From the NCBI GenBank assembly GCA_044225175.1, contig JBGAJA010000006.1, forward strand, positions 65,049-129,048: a stretch of DNA of 64,000 bases, given 5' to 3'. Numbering within the stretch: the first letter of the stretch is position 1; each line of letters opens with the position of its first letter. This DNA comes from Candidatus Omnitrophota bacterium. GTDB lineage: Bacteria > Omnitrophota > Gorgyraeia > Zapsychrales > Fredricksoniimonadaceae. Below, one piece after another: positions 1 through 9,141 of this stretch. The translations under genes were made by a program, and so were the position numbers. The notes under the pieces are model-generated. The model was not told the DNA's origin. It made no database searches and saw only the letters and a list, made by a program, of their open reading frames with translations.

Positions 1-1
1 T

Positions 2-283
2 GTGGAAGATACATACGGTACCAAAAGCGTCAAATTACCGGCAGGACATATGATCCTTTATCCTTCAACTAGTCTTCATCATGTCACGCCAGTCACACGA
101 GGTACTCGCATTTGCTCTTTCTTTTGGATGCAAAGTATGATTCGTGATGATGGGCAAAGAACAATTATGTTTGATCTTGACTCAGCCATACAGCGCATTG
201 GCCGTGATCACCCTAATAGTCCTTATCCCGTTCAGTTAACTGGGATTTATCACAATCTGATTAGACAATGGGCAGAGATGTAA
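2..283 (+). CDS. piuC: C-terminal fragment of a PKHD-type Fe(II)/2-oxoglutarate-dependent hydroxylase (PiuC/YbiX-like); the N-terminus lies before the window
   Basis: The ORF runs in from the window edge. Its C-terminal region (…[19 protein letters not shown]…) resembles the PiuC/YbiX oxygenase family. It sits immediately upstream of a PepSY/PiuB-like gene, which is the canonical piuC-piuB pairing. Confidence 0.5.
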   Translation: MEDTYGTKSVKLPAGHMILYPSTSLHHVTPVTRGTRICSFFWMQSMIRDDGQRTIMFDLDSAIQRIGRDHPNSPYPVQLTGIYHNLIRQWAEM

Positions 284-1449
284 TGGCTCGACAAACCCAT
301 CATAAGCTGACCGTTCGAGACGTTCTTTACCGCGTTCATTTGGTATTTGCCATTGCTACAGGGATAGTTATTTTGATTATATCTGTGACAGGTACAATAC
401 TGGCTTTTCGTCCTCAACTTATTGATTTCGCGGAGCATAAGATTAGATACGTAACAGCGGCGGACAACTCGACTCAATTAAGTTTTAATGAGCTGATATC
501 TAAGGTTCGCCAAGAGTATCCTGACAGTAAGCCTAGAGGGTTAAGTGTTAAGTATGATTCAACAGCAGCTGTTGCAGTGAATTTGGGTAAAGAGGAAGGG
601 ACAGTATATGTAAATCCTTATACTGGTGAAGTTTTAGGTAAGCCTTCCCAAATGACCCATTTCCTTGAGAAAGTTGAAGATTGGCATCGCTGGCTTAATT
701 TAGAAGGGGATTTAAAGCCGATTGGACATCAGATTAAAGGCGCTTGCAATATTGCTTTCTTTATCATGATTGTCACTGGTATTTTTCTGTGGTGGCCGCG
801 CAATTGGAGATGGAAGACTCTTGAGAGCGTTATGAAATTGAATTGGTCGTTGAAAGGTCGCAGCCGTGATTGGAATCAACACAATGTCATTGGCTTTTGG
901 GGTGCTCCTTTTTTAATTGTGATCACCTTGACAGGTGTTGTGATGAGCTATCAATGGGCCAATAATTTAGTGTATCGTATGGCAGGTAATGAGCCCCCTG
1001 TTGCTATGAAAAGGATGGAATCAAGTGAAGCAAATCAATCCAAGGGGAAATCTAAACCAATAGATTATGATATGTTGATTACACAAGCCAAGGAACAAGT
1101 GCCTGGCTGGGCATCAATTAATATGCGTTTGGCAAAGCCTGGTGAGCCTGTCCATATGACAATTGATCAGAATCGATCCGGCAATATTCCTAAACGTTCT
1201 CAATTAACGATTGATCCATCTTCTGGGCAGTTTATTAAATGGGAACCCTACTCGGAGCAGACATTAGGACGCACTTATCGTATATGGGCCCGTTACCTCC
1301 ATACAGGAGAAGCAGGCGGTATTATCGGACAAACAATTGCTTTTTTGGCAGCTCTTGGCACTGTTTTTTTAGTTTGGACAGGTTTTGTTATGGCTTGGCA
1401 AAGATTTTGTGTGTGGCGAAGTAAACGTCAGTATAAAAAGGAGAAATAA
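268..1449 (+). CDS. PepSY-associated transmembrane protein (PiuB-like; iron-uptake associated)
   Basis: 393 aa with an N-terminal TM segment, a periplasmic domain and C-terminal TM segments, the typical PepSY-TM architecture. It overlaps the stop of the upstream oxygenase and is followed by exbB-exbD-tonB. Confidence 0.55.
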   Translation: MGRDVMARQTHHKLTVRDVLYRVHLVFAIATGIVILIISVTGTILAFRPQLIDFAEHKIRYVTAADNSTQLSFNELISKVRQEYPDSKPRGLSVKYDSTAAVAVNLGKEEGTVYVNPYTGEVLGKPSQMTHFLEKVEDWHRWLNLEGDLKPIGHQIKGACNIAFFIMIVTGIFLWWPRNWRWKTLESVMKLNWSLKGRSRDWNQHNVIGFWGAPFLIVITLTGVVMSYQWANNLVYRMAGNEPPVAMKRMESSEANQSKGKSKPIDYDMLITQAKEQVPGWASINMRLAKPGEPVHMTIDQNRSGNIPKRSQLTIDPSSGQFIKWEPYSEQTLGRTYRIWARYLHTGEAGGIIGQTIAFLAALGTVFLVWTGFVMAWQRFCVWRSKRQYKKEK

Positions 1450-1452
1450 TTT

Positions 1453-2061
1453 ATGTGGAGTATATTTGTCAAAGGTGGGCCTGTGATGTGGCCGCTTCTT
1501 TTAACTTCTTTGGTTGCGGTGACTGTTGTCGTTGAGAGAATCATTTTTATTATTAGAGAGCGCCGCCGCAGACGATCAGACGTGATTGAAAAGATCTTTG
1601 CTTATGTTGAACGTGGAGACGTTGATAGTGCTGTCAAATGCGGACAAGAAACCCAGGACTTTGTTGCGAAAACACTGGTTTATGGTTTAACACATCGGCA
1701 GCATTCGTTTTCTAATGCACTTTTGTTGGCAGCTAATCAAGAGCTCAAACGTTTTAGTCAGGGACTTTCAACATTAGATACCATCATCACTTTGGCGCCC
1801 CTCTTGGGCCTTTTAGGTACTGTAACAGGGATGATTCGTGCTTTTGGTCTTTTGGGGAATAAAGAATTGGAAGCTCCAACAGTCATTACAGGAGGTATTT
1901 CTGAAGCGTTGATTGCAACTGCCTTTGGACTTTTAATTGCTGTTATTGCACTTATTCCTTTTAATTATTTAAATAGCCGCCTGGAAGATGCCAGACATGA
2001 AATCGAAGATGCAGGGACATACCTTGAACTTTTGATCGTTAAGTTGGTCAATAAAATATGA
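1453..2061 (+). CDS. exbB: MotA/TolQ/ExbB-family proton channel (ExbB)
   Basis: 202 aa with three TM segments and a conserved C-terminal TM region (…TGGISEALIATAFGLLIAVIALIPFNYL…) typical of ExbB/TolQ. It is followed by exbD and tonB. Confidence 0.75.
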   Translation: MWSIFVKGGPVMWPLLLTSLVAVTVVVERIIFIIRERRRRRSDVIEKIFAYVERGDVDSAVKCGQETQDFVAKTLVYGLTHRQHSFSNALLLAANQELKRFSQGLSTLDTIITLAPLLGLLGTVTGMIRAFGLLGNKELEAPTVITGGISEALIATAFGLLIAVIALIPFNYLNSRLEDARHEIEDAGTYLELLIVKLVNKI

Positions 2062-2471
2062 AAATACCTTCACCTATAGCGAAGAAACGAGTCCGTATCG
2101 AGATTATTCCGCTTATTGATATTATCTTTTTTCTTTTAGCCACATTTGTCATGGTTTCTTTATCTATGGTTAAGAATCAAGGTATTTCTGTCAATTTACC
2201 GACAGCGACTACTAGCACTCAACAAGAAATTGAAAAGATTGTCACACTTTCTGTAAGTGAAAATGGAGATATTTATGTGGATAAAGACAAGGTTTCTTTT
2301 GAGGAAATGACTGCCCAATTAACTCATTTAAAAGCAAGTCAACCAAATTTAAAAATCCTCATTAATGGGGATGACAAAGCAGATTTTGGAAAGGCGATTG
2401 GTATTTTGGATGAAGTACGGCGCATCGGAATCACCAAAGTATCTATACGTACAAAAAATCATGCCAAATGA
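2058..2471 (+). CDS. exbD: ExbD/TolR biopolymer transport protein
   Basis: 137 aa with an N-terminal ExbD motif (INIIPLIDIIFFLLATFV; single TM) and a periplasmic domain. Its start overlaps the exbB stop (ATGA coupling). Confidence 0.75.
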   Translation: MKIPSPIAKKRVRIEIIPLIDIIFFLLATFVMVSLSMVKNQGISVNLPTATTSTQQEIEKIVTLSVSENGDIYVDKDKVSFEEMTAQLTHLKASQPNLKILINGDDKADFGKAIGILDEVRRIGITKVSIRTKNHAK

Positions 2472-3144
2472 ACTTAAAGAAGTGAATGTCGTTTCAGAAC
2501 GCGTTGTTTTAAAAGACATGATGTGTCCTTTGATCCGTCTGGATCAATCACGACGCAAAGATAAGTCTGTGAGTTTTTCCATATCAGTTGTTTTGCATGT
2601 GGTGATTTTTCTTTTGGTTGGATTGTCCTTGATTAAGCCGCCGCAGTTTGGGGTTGATCAAGGTCTTGGTGGAATCGAAGTCAATTTGGTTGCTGCGCCA
2701 TCCGAGGTTGTTCCTAAAATGGTTGTTGAGACTCCTGTTGAGGCTCCATCTGAATTTATCGAGAAAGTTATTGAGAAGCCATTGCCACCAGTAGAAGAGA
2801 AACCTATTATAAAAACTGAGGGAAAAAATAAGAATACAGTCCAAACTACTGCAGGAGCCATTTCAGAGGCTAAGCCTGATTATTTAAATAATCCTGCACC
2901 CGCTTATCCAGCAGAGGCAAGACGAAAAGGCTGGGAGGGAACTGTTGTTCTAAAAGCTTTGGTTGATAAAAATGGATTTCCTCAAGAAGTGAAGATCGAA
3001 AAAAGTTCAGGACATTATTCTCTGGATAAGGTAGCATTAGAAGCAGTTAAAAAATGGAAATTTCATCCAGCAAAATTAGGAAGTATGCCAGTTGAATCTT
3101 CGGTCGTTGTTCCAGTGAGATTTGATCTGGACACTTCCAAATAA
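2461..3144 (+). CDS. tonB: TonB-family energy transducer (C-terminal TonB domain)
   Basis: An internal ATG at 2461 immediately follows the exbD stop. The protein has a TM anchor, a Pro/Glu/Val-rich spacer (PVEAPSEFIEKVIEKPLPPVEEKP) and a C-terminal TonB domain (YPAEARRKGWEGTVVLKALVDKNG…). Confidence 0.65.
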   Translation: MPNELKEVNVVSERVVLKDMMCPLIRLDQSRRKDKSVSFSISVVLHVVIFLLVGLSLIKPPQFGVDQGLGGIEVNLVAAPSEVVPKMVVETPVEAPSEFIEKVIEKPLPPVEEKPIIKTEGKNKNTVQTTAGAISEAKPDYLNNPAPAYPAEARRKGWEGTVVLKALVDKNGFPQEVKIEKSSGHYSLDKVALEAVKKWKFHPAKLGSMPVESSVVVPVRFDLDTSK

Positions 3145-3149
3145 TCCGC

Positions 3150-3275
3150 ATGGAAATTCAAACACTTATTGTTTTTGTGATTATTGCTATCAGCCTTTGG
3201 TATTTGACCAAAGGGTTATTGAAATCTCTTAAGAATAAAAAAGATAAGCATTGCTCAGGATGTGGTAAGGATTAA
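3150..3275 (+). CDS. Small FeoB-associated Cys-rich membrane protein (41 aa), missed by the ORF track
   Basis: Manual translation gives MEIQTLIVFVIIAISLWYLTKGLLKSLKNKKDKHCSGCGKD*. It has a single TM helix, a basic stretch and a C-terminal CxxC, matching the FeoB-associated Cys-rich small membrane protein pattern. It sits directly upstream of feoA. Confidence 0.45.
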   Translation: MEIQTLIVFVIIAISLWYLTKGLLKSLKNKKDKHCSGCGKD

Positions 3276-3276
3276 T

Positions 3277-3825
3277 ATGGCTTGGTTTAAAAAATTTTTT
3301 TCAGGTAAGCAAAAAGAATGTATTTGTCAGGAGGCTCCAAAGAGTCTTAGCGAGTCTTCCGTCGGGCAACGCAGTCAAATTAAGTGCCTTGTTGGTGAAG
3401 AAAAGACATGCCAACGTCTAAGGGAGATGGGGTTTTGTGAATCTTCTATGGTTGAGAAGATTGCGGATAGCGGCACATTGATTTGTAAGGTGTGCGATAG
3501 TAAGGTTGTCATCAGTAAAGAGCTGGCGCAAAACATCATTGTGGTAGATGTTTGTCAATTACCAGGCCATATGAATTCTAAGGATGGTTCTAAAATGATG
3601 CTTTTAAGTCAAATGACACTCGGACAAAAAGGTATCATCGATAACTTTGTTGCTGATAGTGATGATTGTGAACGCATTGAAGAAATGGGAGTCACTCCTG
3701 GAGAAATGGTTGAAATCGTTCGCTATGCTCCCTTAGGAGATCCTATTGAGATTAAAATACGTGGTTACCTTCTTTCTTTACGCAAACAGGAAGCAGAGCG
3801 TATTAAAGTAAAACTTCTTTCCTAA
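3277..3825 (+). CDS. feoA: FeoA-domain protein (two tandem FeoA domains)
   Basis: Two SH3-like FeoA repeats (…VGQRSQIKCLVGEEKTCQRLREMGF… and …LGQKGIIDNFVADSDDCERIEEMGVTPGEMVEIV…). It sits immediately upstream of feoB. The ATG at 3277 is the likely start; the track start at 3262 is a non-ATG alternative. Confidence 0.65.
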   Translation: MAWFKKFFSGKQKECICQEAPKSLSESSVGQRSQIKCLVGEEKTCQRLREMGFCESSMVEKIADSGTLICKVCDSKVVISKELAQNIIVVDVCQLPGHMNSKDGSKMMLLSQMTLGQKGIIDNFVADSDDCERIEEMGVTPGEMVEIVRYAPLGDPIEIKIRGYLLSLRKQEAERIKVKLLS

Positions 3826-3829
3826 ATCT

Positions 3830-5944
3830 ATGTCTCAAGAGAATTCTATTAATCCAGAACAAACGATTAAAACAATTGTTCTTGCTGGAAATCCTAATTC
3901 CGGTAAGACAACTCTCTTTAATGCCTTTACTAAGCTTCGTCAGAAGGTTGGCAATTACGCAGGTGTTACTGTGGAAAAGAAAACAGGAACACTTGTATTA
4001 GCCAAAGATCGGGTCGTGAATGTCATTGATCTTCCAGGGACATACAGTCTAGCTGTCCGCTCTCCAGATGAACAAGTAGCCCGCGATGTGTTATTGGGCC
4101 GCACTCCTGAAACTCCCAAACCTGACATGGTTGTTTGTGTGGTGGATGCTGGAAATTTGGAGCGCAATCTTTATTTGGTCAGTCAAATCCAAGACTTAGG
4201 GTTACCCATGGTCATTGCTTTAAATATGATGGATGAAGTTGAGTTAAAAGGCAGAACAATTGATGTGGCTAAGTTATCTCAAAAGTTAGGGGTGCCTGTA
4301 GTTCCGACGGTGGCTAACCAAAATAAAGGGATTGAAGAGCTTAAAGAATTGATTGCTAATGGTGTCCAGGTCCAATACAAGCGTGGGTGGCGTATGGCGC
4401 CTGATTTGGAAGAGGACATTGAACATTTAGTCAGGCTTTTGGTCCAACATGAGGGAATGTCATCCAATGAAGCTTTTGCCGAAGCTCTAGTGTTTATGTC
4501 CGTATGGCCGAATTTAAAGAATGAAGAGAAATCAAATTCCACCAAACGTTTCTATAAACAAGAATTGATCTCTCAGATTAATTTGATTCAAGAGCGTTTG
4601 AGAAAAAAAGGCCTACGTGCTAAAACAGCGGCTATTGAAGCCAGATATGATTGGATTAAATTTATTATCAAAGAATGTGTCACGGATAAAAATAAAAAAG
4701 GTCCTGATCTCACAGAACGCATTGATGCATTTCTAACCCACAGAATTTTTGGTTGGGTGTTCTTTTTAGGGATTATGGGTTTTGTGTTTTATATGATTTT
4801 TACGGTCGCAGCAATTCCGATGGATTTTATTAGCAATATATTTACTCAATTATCCAATTGGGTTAGTTCAGTGATGCCTCCCGGGGATTTGCAGGATTTG
4901 ATTGCTAATGGTGTCATTGCGGGTGTTGGGGGGGTAGTTGTCTTTCTACCTCAAATTTTGATTTTGTTCTTATTTATTGGTCTCTTACAAGATACGGGTT
5001 ATATGGCTCGTGCCGCTTTTATCATGGATCGTGTGATGAATAAAGTAGGACTGCACGGTAAGTCATTTATTCCTTTATTAAGCTCTTTTGCCTGTGCTAT
5101 TCCTGGAATCATGTCTGCTCGAACGATCGAAAGCCCTAAGGACAGACTTGTGACCATTCTAGTTGCTCCTTTAATGAGTTGTTCAGCTAGACTTCCTGTG
5201 TATGCTGTCATGATTGCTGTGATCATGCCTTTAGCCAATGGATGGCAAAAGGCTGGTCTTTTGTTAATTATGTATATGGTTGGTATTACTGGTGCATGTC
5301 TTATGGCTTGGTTGTTCAAATCTACTTTGCTACGTTCTCAAAAGCCTGTTTTTATTATGGAGCTTCCCCCTTATAGACTTCCTTCCTGGAAAGCTGTGTT
5401 CATTCATATGTGGGAACGAAGCGGCCTCTTTCTTAAAAGGGCAGGGACAGTCATTTTAGCTATTTCGATCATTCTTTGGGCCTTAATGACCTATCCTAAG
5501 CATCCAGGTGTAGATAAAAGTGAAGCTTTGAAATTAAGCTATGCAGGACAAGCAGGGACTTTGATTGAACCCATCATTCAGCCGCTAGGCTATGATTGGC
5601 GAGTTGGAATTGGTCTCATTGGTTCTTTTGCAGCCCGTGAAGTCTTTGTTTCAACAATGAGTATCGTTTTTAACTTAGAAGACGATGCTAAGGAAGATAC
5701 ATTGCGAGAAGCCTTTCAAAAAGCCACATGGCCTGATGGCAGGCCATTGTTTACACCTTTGATGTGTATTAGTCTTATGATTTTTTATGTATTTGCCCTT
5801 CAATGCGTGAGCACCATTGCCGTTGTGTATCGAGAGACAAATTCTTGGTTTTGGCCGCTATTTCAATTTGTTTATATGGCAGTTTTGGCTTACTTAGCGG
5901 CTTTATTTGTTTATCAAGTGGGTCATCTATTAGGGTTTTCTTAA
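3830..5944 (+). CDS. feoB: Ferrous iron transporter FeoB (N-terminal GTPase plus polytopic membrane domain)
   Basis: 704 aa with a G1 motif GNPNSGKTTLFN and a DLPG G3 motif, followed by a large membrane domain with the gate motif region. This is the classic FeoB architecture. Confidence 0.9.
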   Translation: MSQENSINPEQTIKTIVLAGNPNSGKTTLFNAFTKLRQKVGNYAGVTVEKKTGTLVLAKDRVVNVIDLPGTYSLAVRSPDEQVARDVLLGRTPETPKPDMVVCVVDAGNLERNLYLVSQIQDLGLPMVIALNMMDEVELKGRTIDVAKLSQKLGVPVVPTVANQNKGIEELKELIANGVQVQYKRGWRMAPDLEEDIEHLVRLLVQHEGMSSNEAFAEALVFMSVWPNLKNEEKSNSTKRFYKQELISQINLIQERLRKKGLRAKTAAIEARYDWIKFIIKECVTDKNKKGPDLTERIDAFLTHRIFGWVFFLGIMGFVFYMIFTVAAIPMDFISNIFTQLSNWVSSVMPPGDLQDLIANGVIAGVGGVVVFLPQILILFLFIGLLQDTGYMARAAFIMDRVMNKVGLHGKSFIPLLSSFACAIPGIMSARTIESPKDRLVTILVAPLMSCSARLPVYAVMIAVIMPLANGWQKAGLLLIMYMVGITGACLMAWLFKSTLLRSQKPVFIMELPPYRLPSWKAVFIHMWERSGLFLKRAGTVILAISIILWALMTYPKHPGVDKSEALKLSYAGQAGTLIEPIIQPLGYDWRVGIGLIGSFAAREVFVSTMSIVFNLEDDAKEDTLREAFQKATWPDGRPLFTPLMCISLMIFYVFALQCVSTIAVVYRETNSWFWPLFQFVYMAVLAYLAALFVYQVGHLLGFS

Positions 5945-5963
5945 AGTTTGCTTTTTTTTCATA

Positions 5964-5984
5964 TTATGAGATACTGTCTCATAA
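5964..5984. promoter_or_regulatory. Perfect 8-bp inverted repeat (TTATGAGA-tactg-TCTCATAA) in the feoB to OMP intergenic region, preceded by a T8 run. It may be an operator or terminator hairpin.
   Basis: Read directly from the sequence at 5951-5984. It lies between the feoB stop and the RBS (AGGAG) of the downstream OMP gene. Confidence 0.25.
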
Positions 5985-6002
5985 ATTAAAGGAGAATCTA
6001 AA

Positions 6003-6857
6003 ATGAAGTTTTCAATGATAATAGTTGTGTGTTTATGTTTGATAAACGTGATGAGAGCAGCAAATAGTTATGGAAGTGAAAAGGACCAGTATCATTTCTT
6101 TAATCCTACGCCACGGGAACTCATGCGTGAGATGTCGACAGATAGGCCAGATAAAACAGAAAGTCCTTACACAGTTGATGCTGGACATTATCAAATTGAA
6201 TCTAGTTTGATTGATTACACATATGATCATAGAAATACAGATCAAACAGACACGCGAGTTGATAACTTCAGCATTTTCCCAACAAATTTTAAAGCTGGCT
6301 TGTTAAGTAATGTGGATCTCCAAATTGTCATGGATCCTTATATTTCTGAACATTCCCAGGGGGATGGGGCAAAGGAAGCAAAGAAAGGCTTTGGTGACAT
6401 TCAAAGCAGACTAAAGGTCAATCTGTGGGGTAATGATGAAGGGGCAACTGCTTTGGCGGTAATGCCTTTTATAAAGTTTCCTACCAACTCTAATGATCTA
6501 GGCAATAATGCTGTAGAAGGAGGAGTAATTGTCCCTTTAGCTATTTCTCTACCGGCACAGTGGAGTATGGGTTTAATGACGGAATTTGATTTTACCCGCA
6601 ATGAAGAAAAGAATTATTTTACTGATTTTATTAACACGATTACATTTGGACACCAAATTATTGGAAATTTAAACGGTTATATTGAGTTTTTCAGCAGTGT
6701 TAATCATGAAGAGGCATCTCAATGGATTGGCACAGTAGATGCTGGATTAACGTATGCTCTTTCCAATGACATTCAATTGGATGGGGGAGTCAATATGGGG
6801 GTCACCAATTCTGCAGACGATTTTAATCCCTTTCTGGGATGCACAATCAGATATTGA
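6003..6857 (+). CDS. Putative outer-membrane beta-barrel protein ('transporter'/MetA-pathway-like OMP family)
   Basis: It has a signal peptide (MKFSMIIVVCLCLINVMRA). Alternating hydrophobic beta-strand patterning and a C-terminal aromatic residue (…GCTIRY) are typical of OM beta-barrels. A strong RBS (AGGAGAATCTAAAATG) precedes the start. Confidence 0.4.
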   Translation: MKFSMIIVVCLCLINVMRAANSYGSEKDQYHFFNPTPRELMREMSTDRPDKTESPYTVDAGHYQIESSLIDYTYDHRNTDQTDTRVDNFSIFPTNFKAGLLSNVDLQIVMDPYISEHSQGDGAKEAKKGFGDIQSRLKVNLWGNDEGATALAVMPFIKFPTNSNDLGNNAVEGGVIVPLAISLPAQWSMGLMTEFDFTRNEEKNYFTDFINTITFGHQIIGNLNGYIEFFSSVNHEEASQWIGTVDAGLTYALSNDIQLDGGVNMGVTNSADDFNPFLGCTIRY

Positions 6858-6890
6858 CGGACATTCTGGTCCGTGTTAAATTTGACCCCA

Positions 6891-7340
6891 ATGTCTAAGA
6901 AAATTCTCACTAAAAGTCCGCAAGAAACTATTAACACCGCTTCAGAGTTCTCCAAGAATTTAAAAGCAGGTGACACTCTCTTATTAGAAGGAGATTTGGG
7001 CTCTGGCAAGACTACATTTGTAAAAGGTTTAGCCAAAGGATTAAAAGCCAAGATCACAGATGTCAATAGTCCCACTTTTGTATTAATGAATATTTACAAG
7101 GGCAGGATTCCCATCTATCATTTTGATCTGTATCGTTTAGAAAAGTCTCAAGAAATTGAATCTCTTAATATTGATGAATATTTGAATGCTGATGGGGTCT
7201 CTGTGATTGAATGGCCTAAGCGTTTAGGTTCCAATATGCCTGAAAATGCTTATTGGATTGAATTTAGACACAAAGATGAACATACGCGAGAAATATGTAT
7301 CTCTTATCCCTTGAAACCTCAACAAAAAGTTTCTCGTTAG
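6891..7340 (+). CDS. tsaE: tRNA threonylcarbamoyladenosine biosynthesis ATPase TsaE (YjeE)
   Basis: Walker A motif LEGDLGSGKTTFVKGLAKGL, characteristic of TsaE, and about 150 aa in length. Confidence 0.8.
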   Translation: MSKKILTKSPQETINTASEFSKNLKAGDTLLLEGDLGSGKTTFVKGLAKGLKAKITDVNSPTFVLMNIYKGRIPIYHFDLYRLEKSQEIESLNIDEYLNADGVSVIEWPKRLGSNMPENAYWIEFRHKDEHTREICISYPLKPQQKVSR

Positions 7341-7969
7341 CAGTTTCCAAAGACGAGAAGATCTTACGATTTCGCAATATGCGAACGGCGAAGATCTTAG
7401 AATCCTCTATTATCACAGCTATTGATCGGCTTTTAAAATCGTGTCATTTAGATCTTCAGAAGATTGATACTTTTGCTATTGGCCTGGGGCCAGGATCTTT
7501 CACCAGCTTAAGAGTAGGGTTATCCACGGTCAAAGGTTTTACATTGGCTTTGAACAAGAATATTGTTGGAATAGGAGGCTTGGACATGATTGCGCAGGGA
7601 GTGGGGAAAATCCAGGCAGATCAAATTTGTGTCATAGTTGATGCAAGGCGAGGGAAGATTTATACCGCAATTTATGATAAAGCTATGGTCCAGAAGACAG
7701 AATATCTATTAACAACGGTTGAAGATATTCTTAAGAAATTAAAAGGCACAACATTGTTTGTTGGAGATGGTTTAAGTTTGTACAAAGGAGTTATTGAAAA
7801 GACTTATCAAGGGCAGTCTATCTTTGCTCCGGAAAAATTTTGGTATCCTAAGGCCCAAGTTTTAGCTAAACTTGGCTTTAAGAAAGCAAAGCAAAAGCAA
7901 TATGATGATCCAGCTAAAATAGTTCCTGTGTACCTCTACCCTCAAGATTGTCAGGTCGACAAACGATGA
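7295..7969 (+). CDS. tsaB: tRNA threonylcarbamoyladenosine biosynthesis protein TsaB (YeaZ)
   Basis: N-terminal LSLETSTKSFSLAV (the LALDTST-like motif of the inactive Kae1/YgjD homolog). It follows tsaE. Confidence 0.75.
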   Translation: MYLLSLETSTKSFSLAVSKDEKILRFRNMRTAKILESSIITAIDRLLKSCHLDLQKIDTFAIGLGPGSFTSLRVGLSTVKGFTLALNKNIVGIGGLDMIAQGVGKIQADQICVIVDARRGKIYTAIYDKAMVQKTEYLLTTVEDILKKLKGTTLFVGDGLSLYKGVIEKTYQGQSIFAPEKFWYPKAQVLAKLGFKKAKQKQYDDPAKIVPVYLYPQDCQVDKR

Positions 7970-9141
7970 CACAAGAAACTCAATACTCTCAAGAAGTAGC
8001 CGTCAAACCTCTCACATGGGTTGAAATTGACTCTAAAGCCATCGAACATAATTGGAAAGAGCTTAAGAAGCTAGCAGCAGCAAATATGGCCTACAATGCA
8101 GGAATTATGCCTGTCATTAAGGCTGATGCCTATGGCCACGGGATGATTCCTATAGCTCAGAATTTATCGGATCTCGGATGCAAGTTCTTTGGTGTTTCAA
8201 ACGTTCAAGAAGGGCTCTCCCTTAGAGAGGCTGGATTTAAACAAAAAATCCTTCTTTTTGAAAGTACCCTTGCTGAAGATGCCAATGCGATTGTCGTAGG
8301 CCAGTTGACTCCCACTGTTTGTAATTTGAAATTAGCTAACAGATTAGATGATTTGGCTAAATCCCAGAACATAGAAATACCTGTCCATATCAAGATTGAT
8401 ACTGGAATGGGACGTTTGGGTGTTGCAGAAGATCAAGTGCTCGATTTTGTTTTAAAGATCAGAGAAGACTTTAAGAATCTGAAATTAGAGGGGATTTATA
8501 CTCATTTTCCCGTCGCAGATACAGATCGTGACTTTACATTTTCTCAAATGAGACGTTTTCGAGACATTGTATTCTCTCTTGAAAATCAGTTTATTACTTT
8601 TACCTATGTCCACGCGGGAAATAGCATGGGACTAGGCGACTATAAGAGTGAGTTGTTTAATTTGGCCCGGCCTGGTCTTATGGTCTATGGGCTTTATCCC
8701 AGCCAAGAAGTTAAGACAAAGGTTCATCTGAAACCAGTCATGTCTGTGAAGGCGAAAATTATTTTTGTCAAAACAATCAAAAAAGGCCAGGGCATTAGCT
8801 ATGGCCATACCTTTAAAGCCAAAGAAGATACAACGATTGCCGTCTTGCCTATTGGCTACAGCAATGGATATTTGCGGGCATTATCCAACAAAGCATTTGT
8901 GTTAATTCAAGGGGTTCGTTGTCCCGTGGTTGGAAGGGTCACTATGGACCAATTGATTATCGATGTCTCAACTGTTTGTCTGTCAGGTCAAATCCCTCGT
9001 ATTGGTCAAGAAGCTGTTCTTGTGGGACACCAAAAAGACCAAACTCTTTCGTGCGATGAGCTAGCCCTTTGGGCTGACACCATCAGCTACGAAATCGTCT
9101 GCTCCTTAGGCAGCCGCCTACCGCGGGTTTATATTTCTTAG
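7966..9141 (+). CDS. alr: Alanine racemase
   Basis: PLP-binding motif VIKADAYGHG plus the C-terminal domain. The start overlaps the tsaB stop (ATGA). Confidence 0.9.
   Translation: MTQETQYSQEVAVKPLTWVEIDSKAIEHNWKELKKLAAANMAYNAGIMPVIKADAYGHGMIPIAQNLSDLGCKFFGVSNVQEGLSLREAGFKQKILLFESTLAEDANAIVVGQLTPTVCNLKLANRLDDLAKSQNIEIPVHIKIDTGMGRLGVAEDQVLDFVLKIREDFKNLKLEGIYTHFPVADTDRDFTFSQMRRFRDIVFSLENQFITFTYVHAGNSMGLGDYKSELFNLARPGLMVYGLYPSQEVKTKVHLKPVMSVKAKIIFVKTIKKGQGISYGHTFKAKEDTTIAVLPIGYSNGYLRALSNKAFVLIQGVRCPVVGRVTMDQLIIDVSTVCLSGQIPRIGQEAVLVGHQKDQTLSCDELALWADTISYEIVCSLGSRLPRVYIS

Noticed and set aside
2584-2861. Antisense ORFs inside tonB (2584-2844 minus, 2658-2861 minus)
   Set aside because: They lie fully within a well-supported TonB coding region on the opposite strand. 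They are shadow ORFs that arise from the Pro/Glu-rich codon composition.
5961-5984. Fur box in the feoB-OMP intergenic region
   Set aside because: The palindrome TTATGAGA-n5-TCTCATAA does not resemble the GATAATGATAATCATTATC Fur consensus beyond being AT-rich. It is reported only as a generic inverted repeat.
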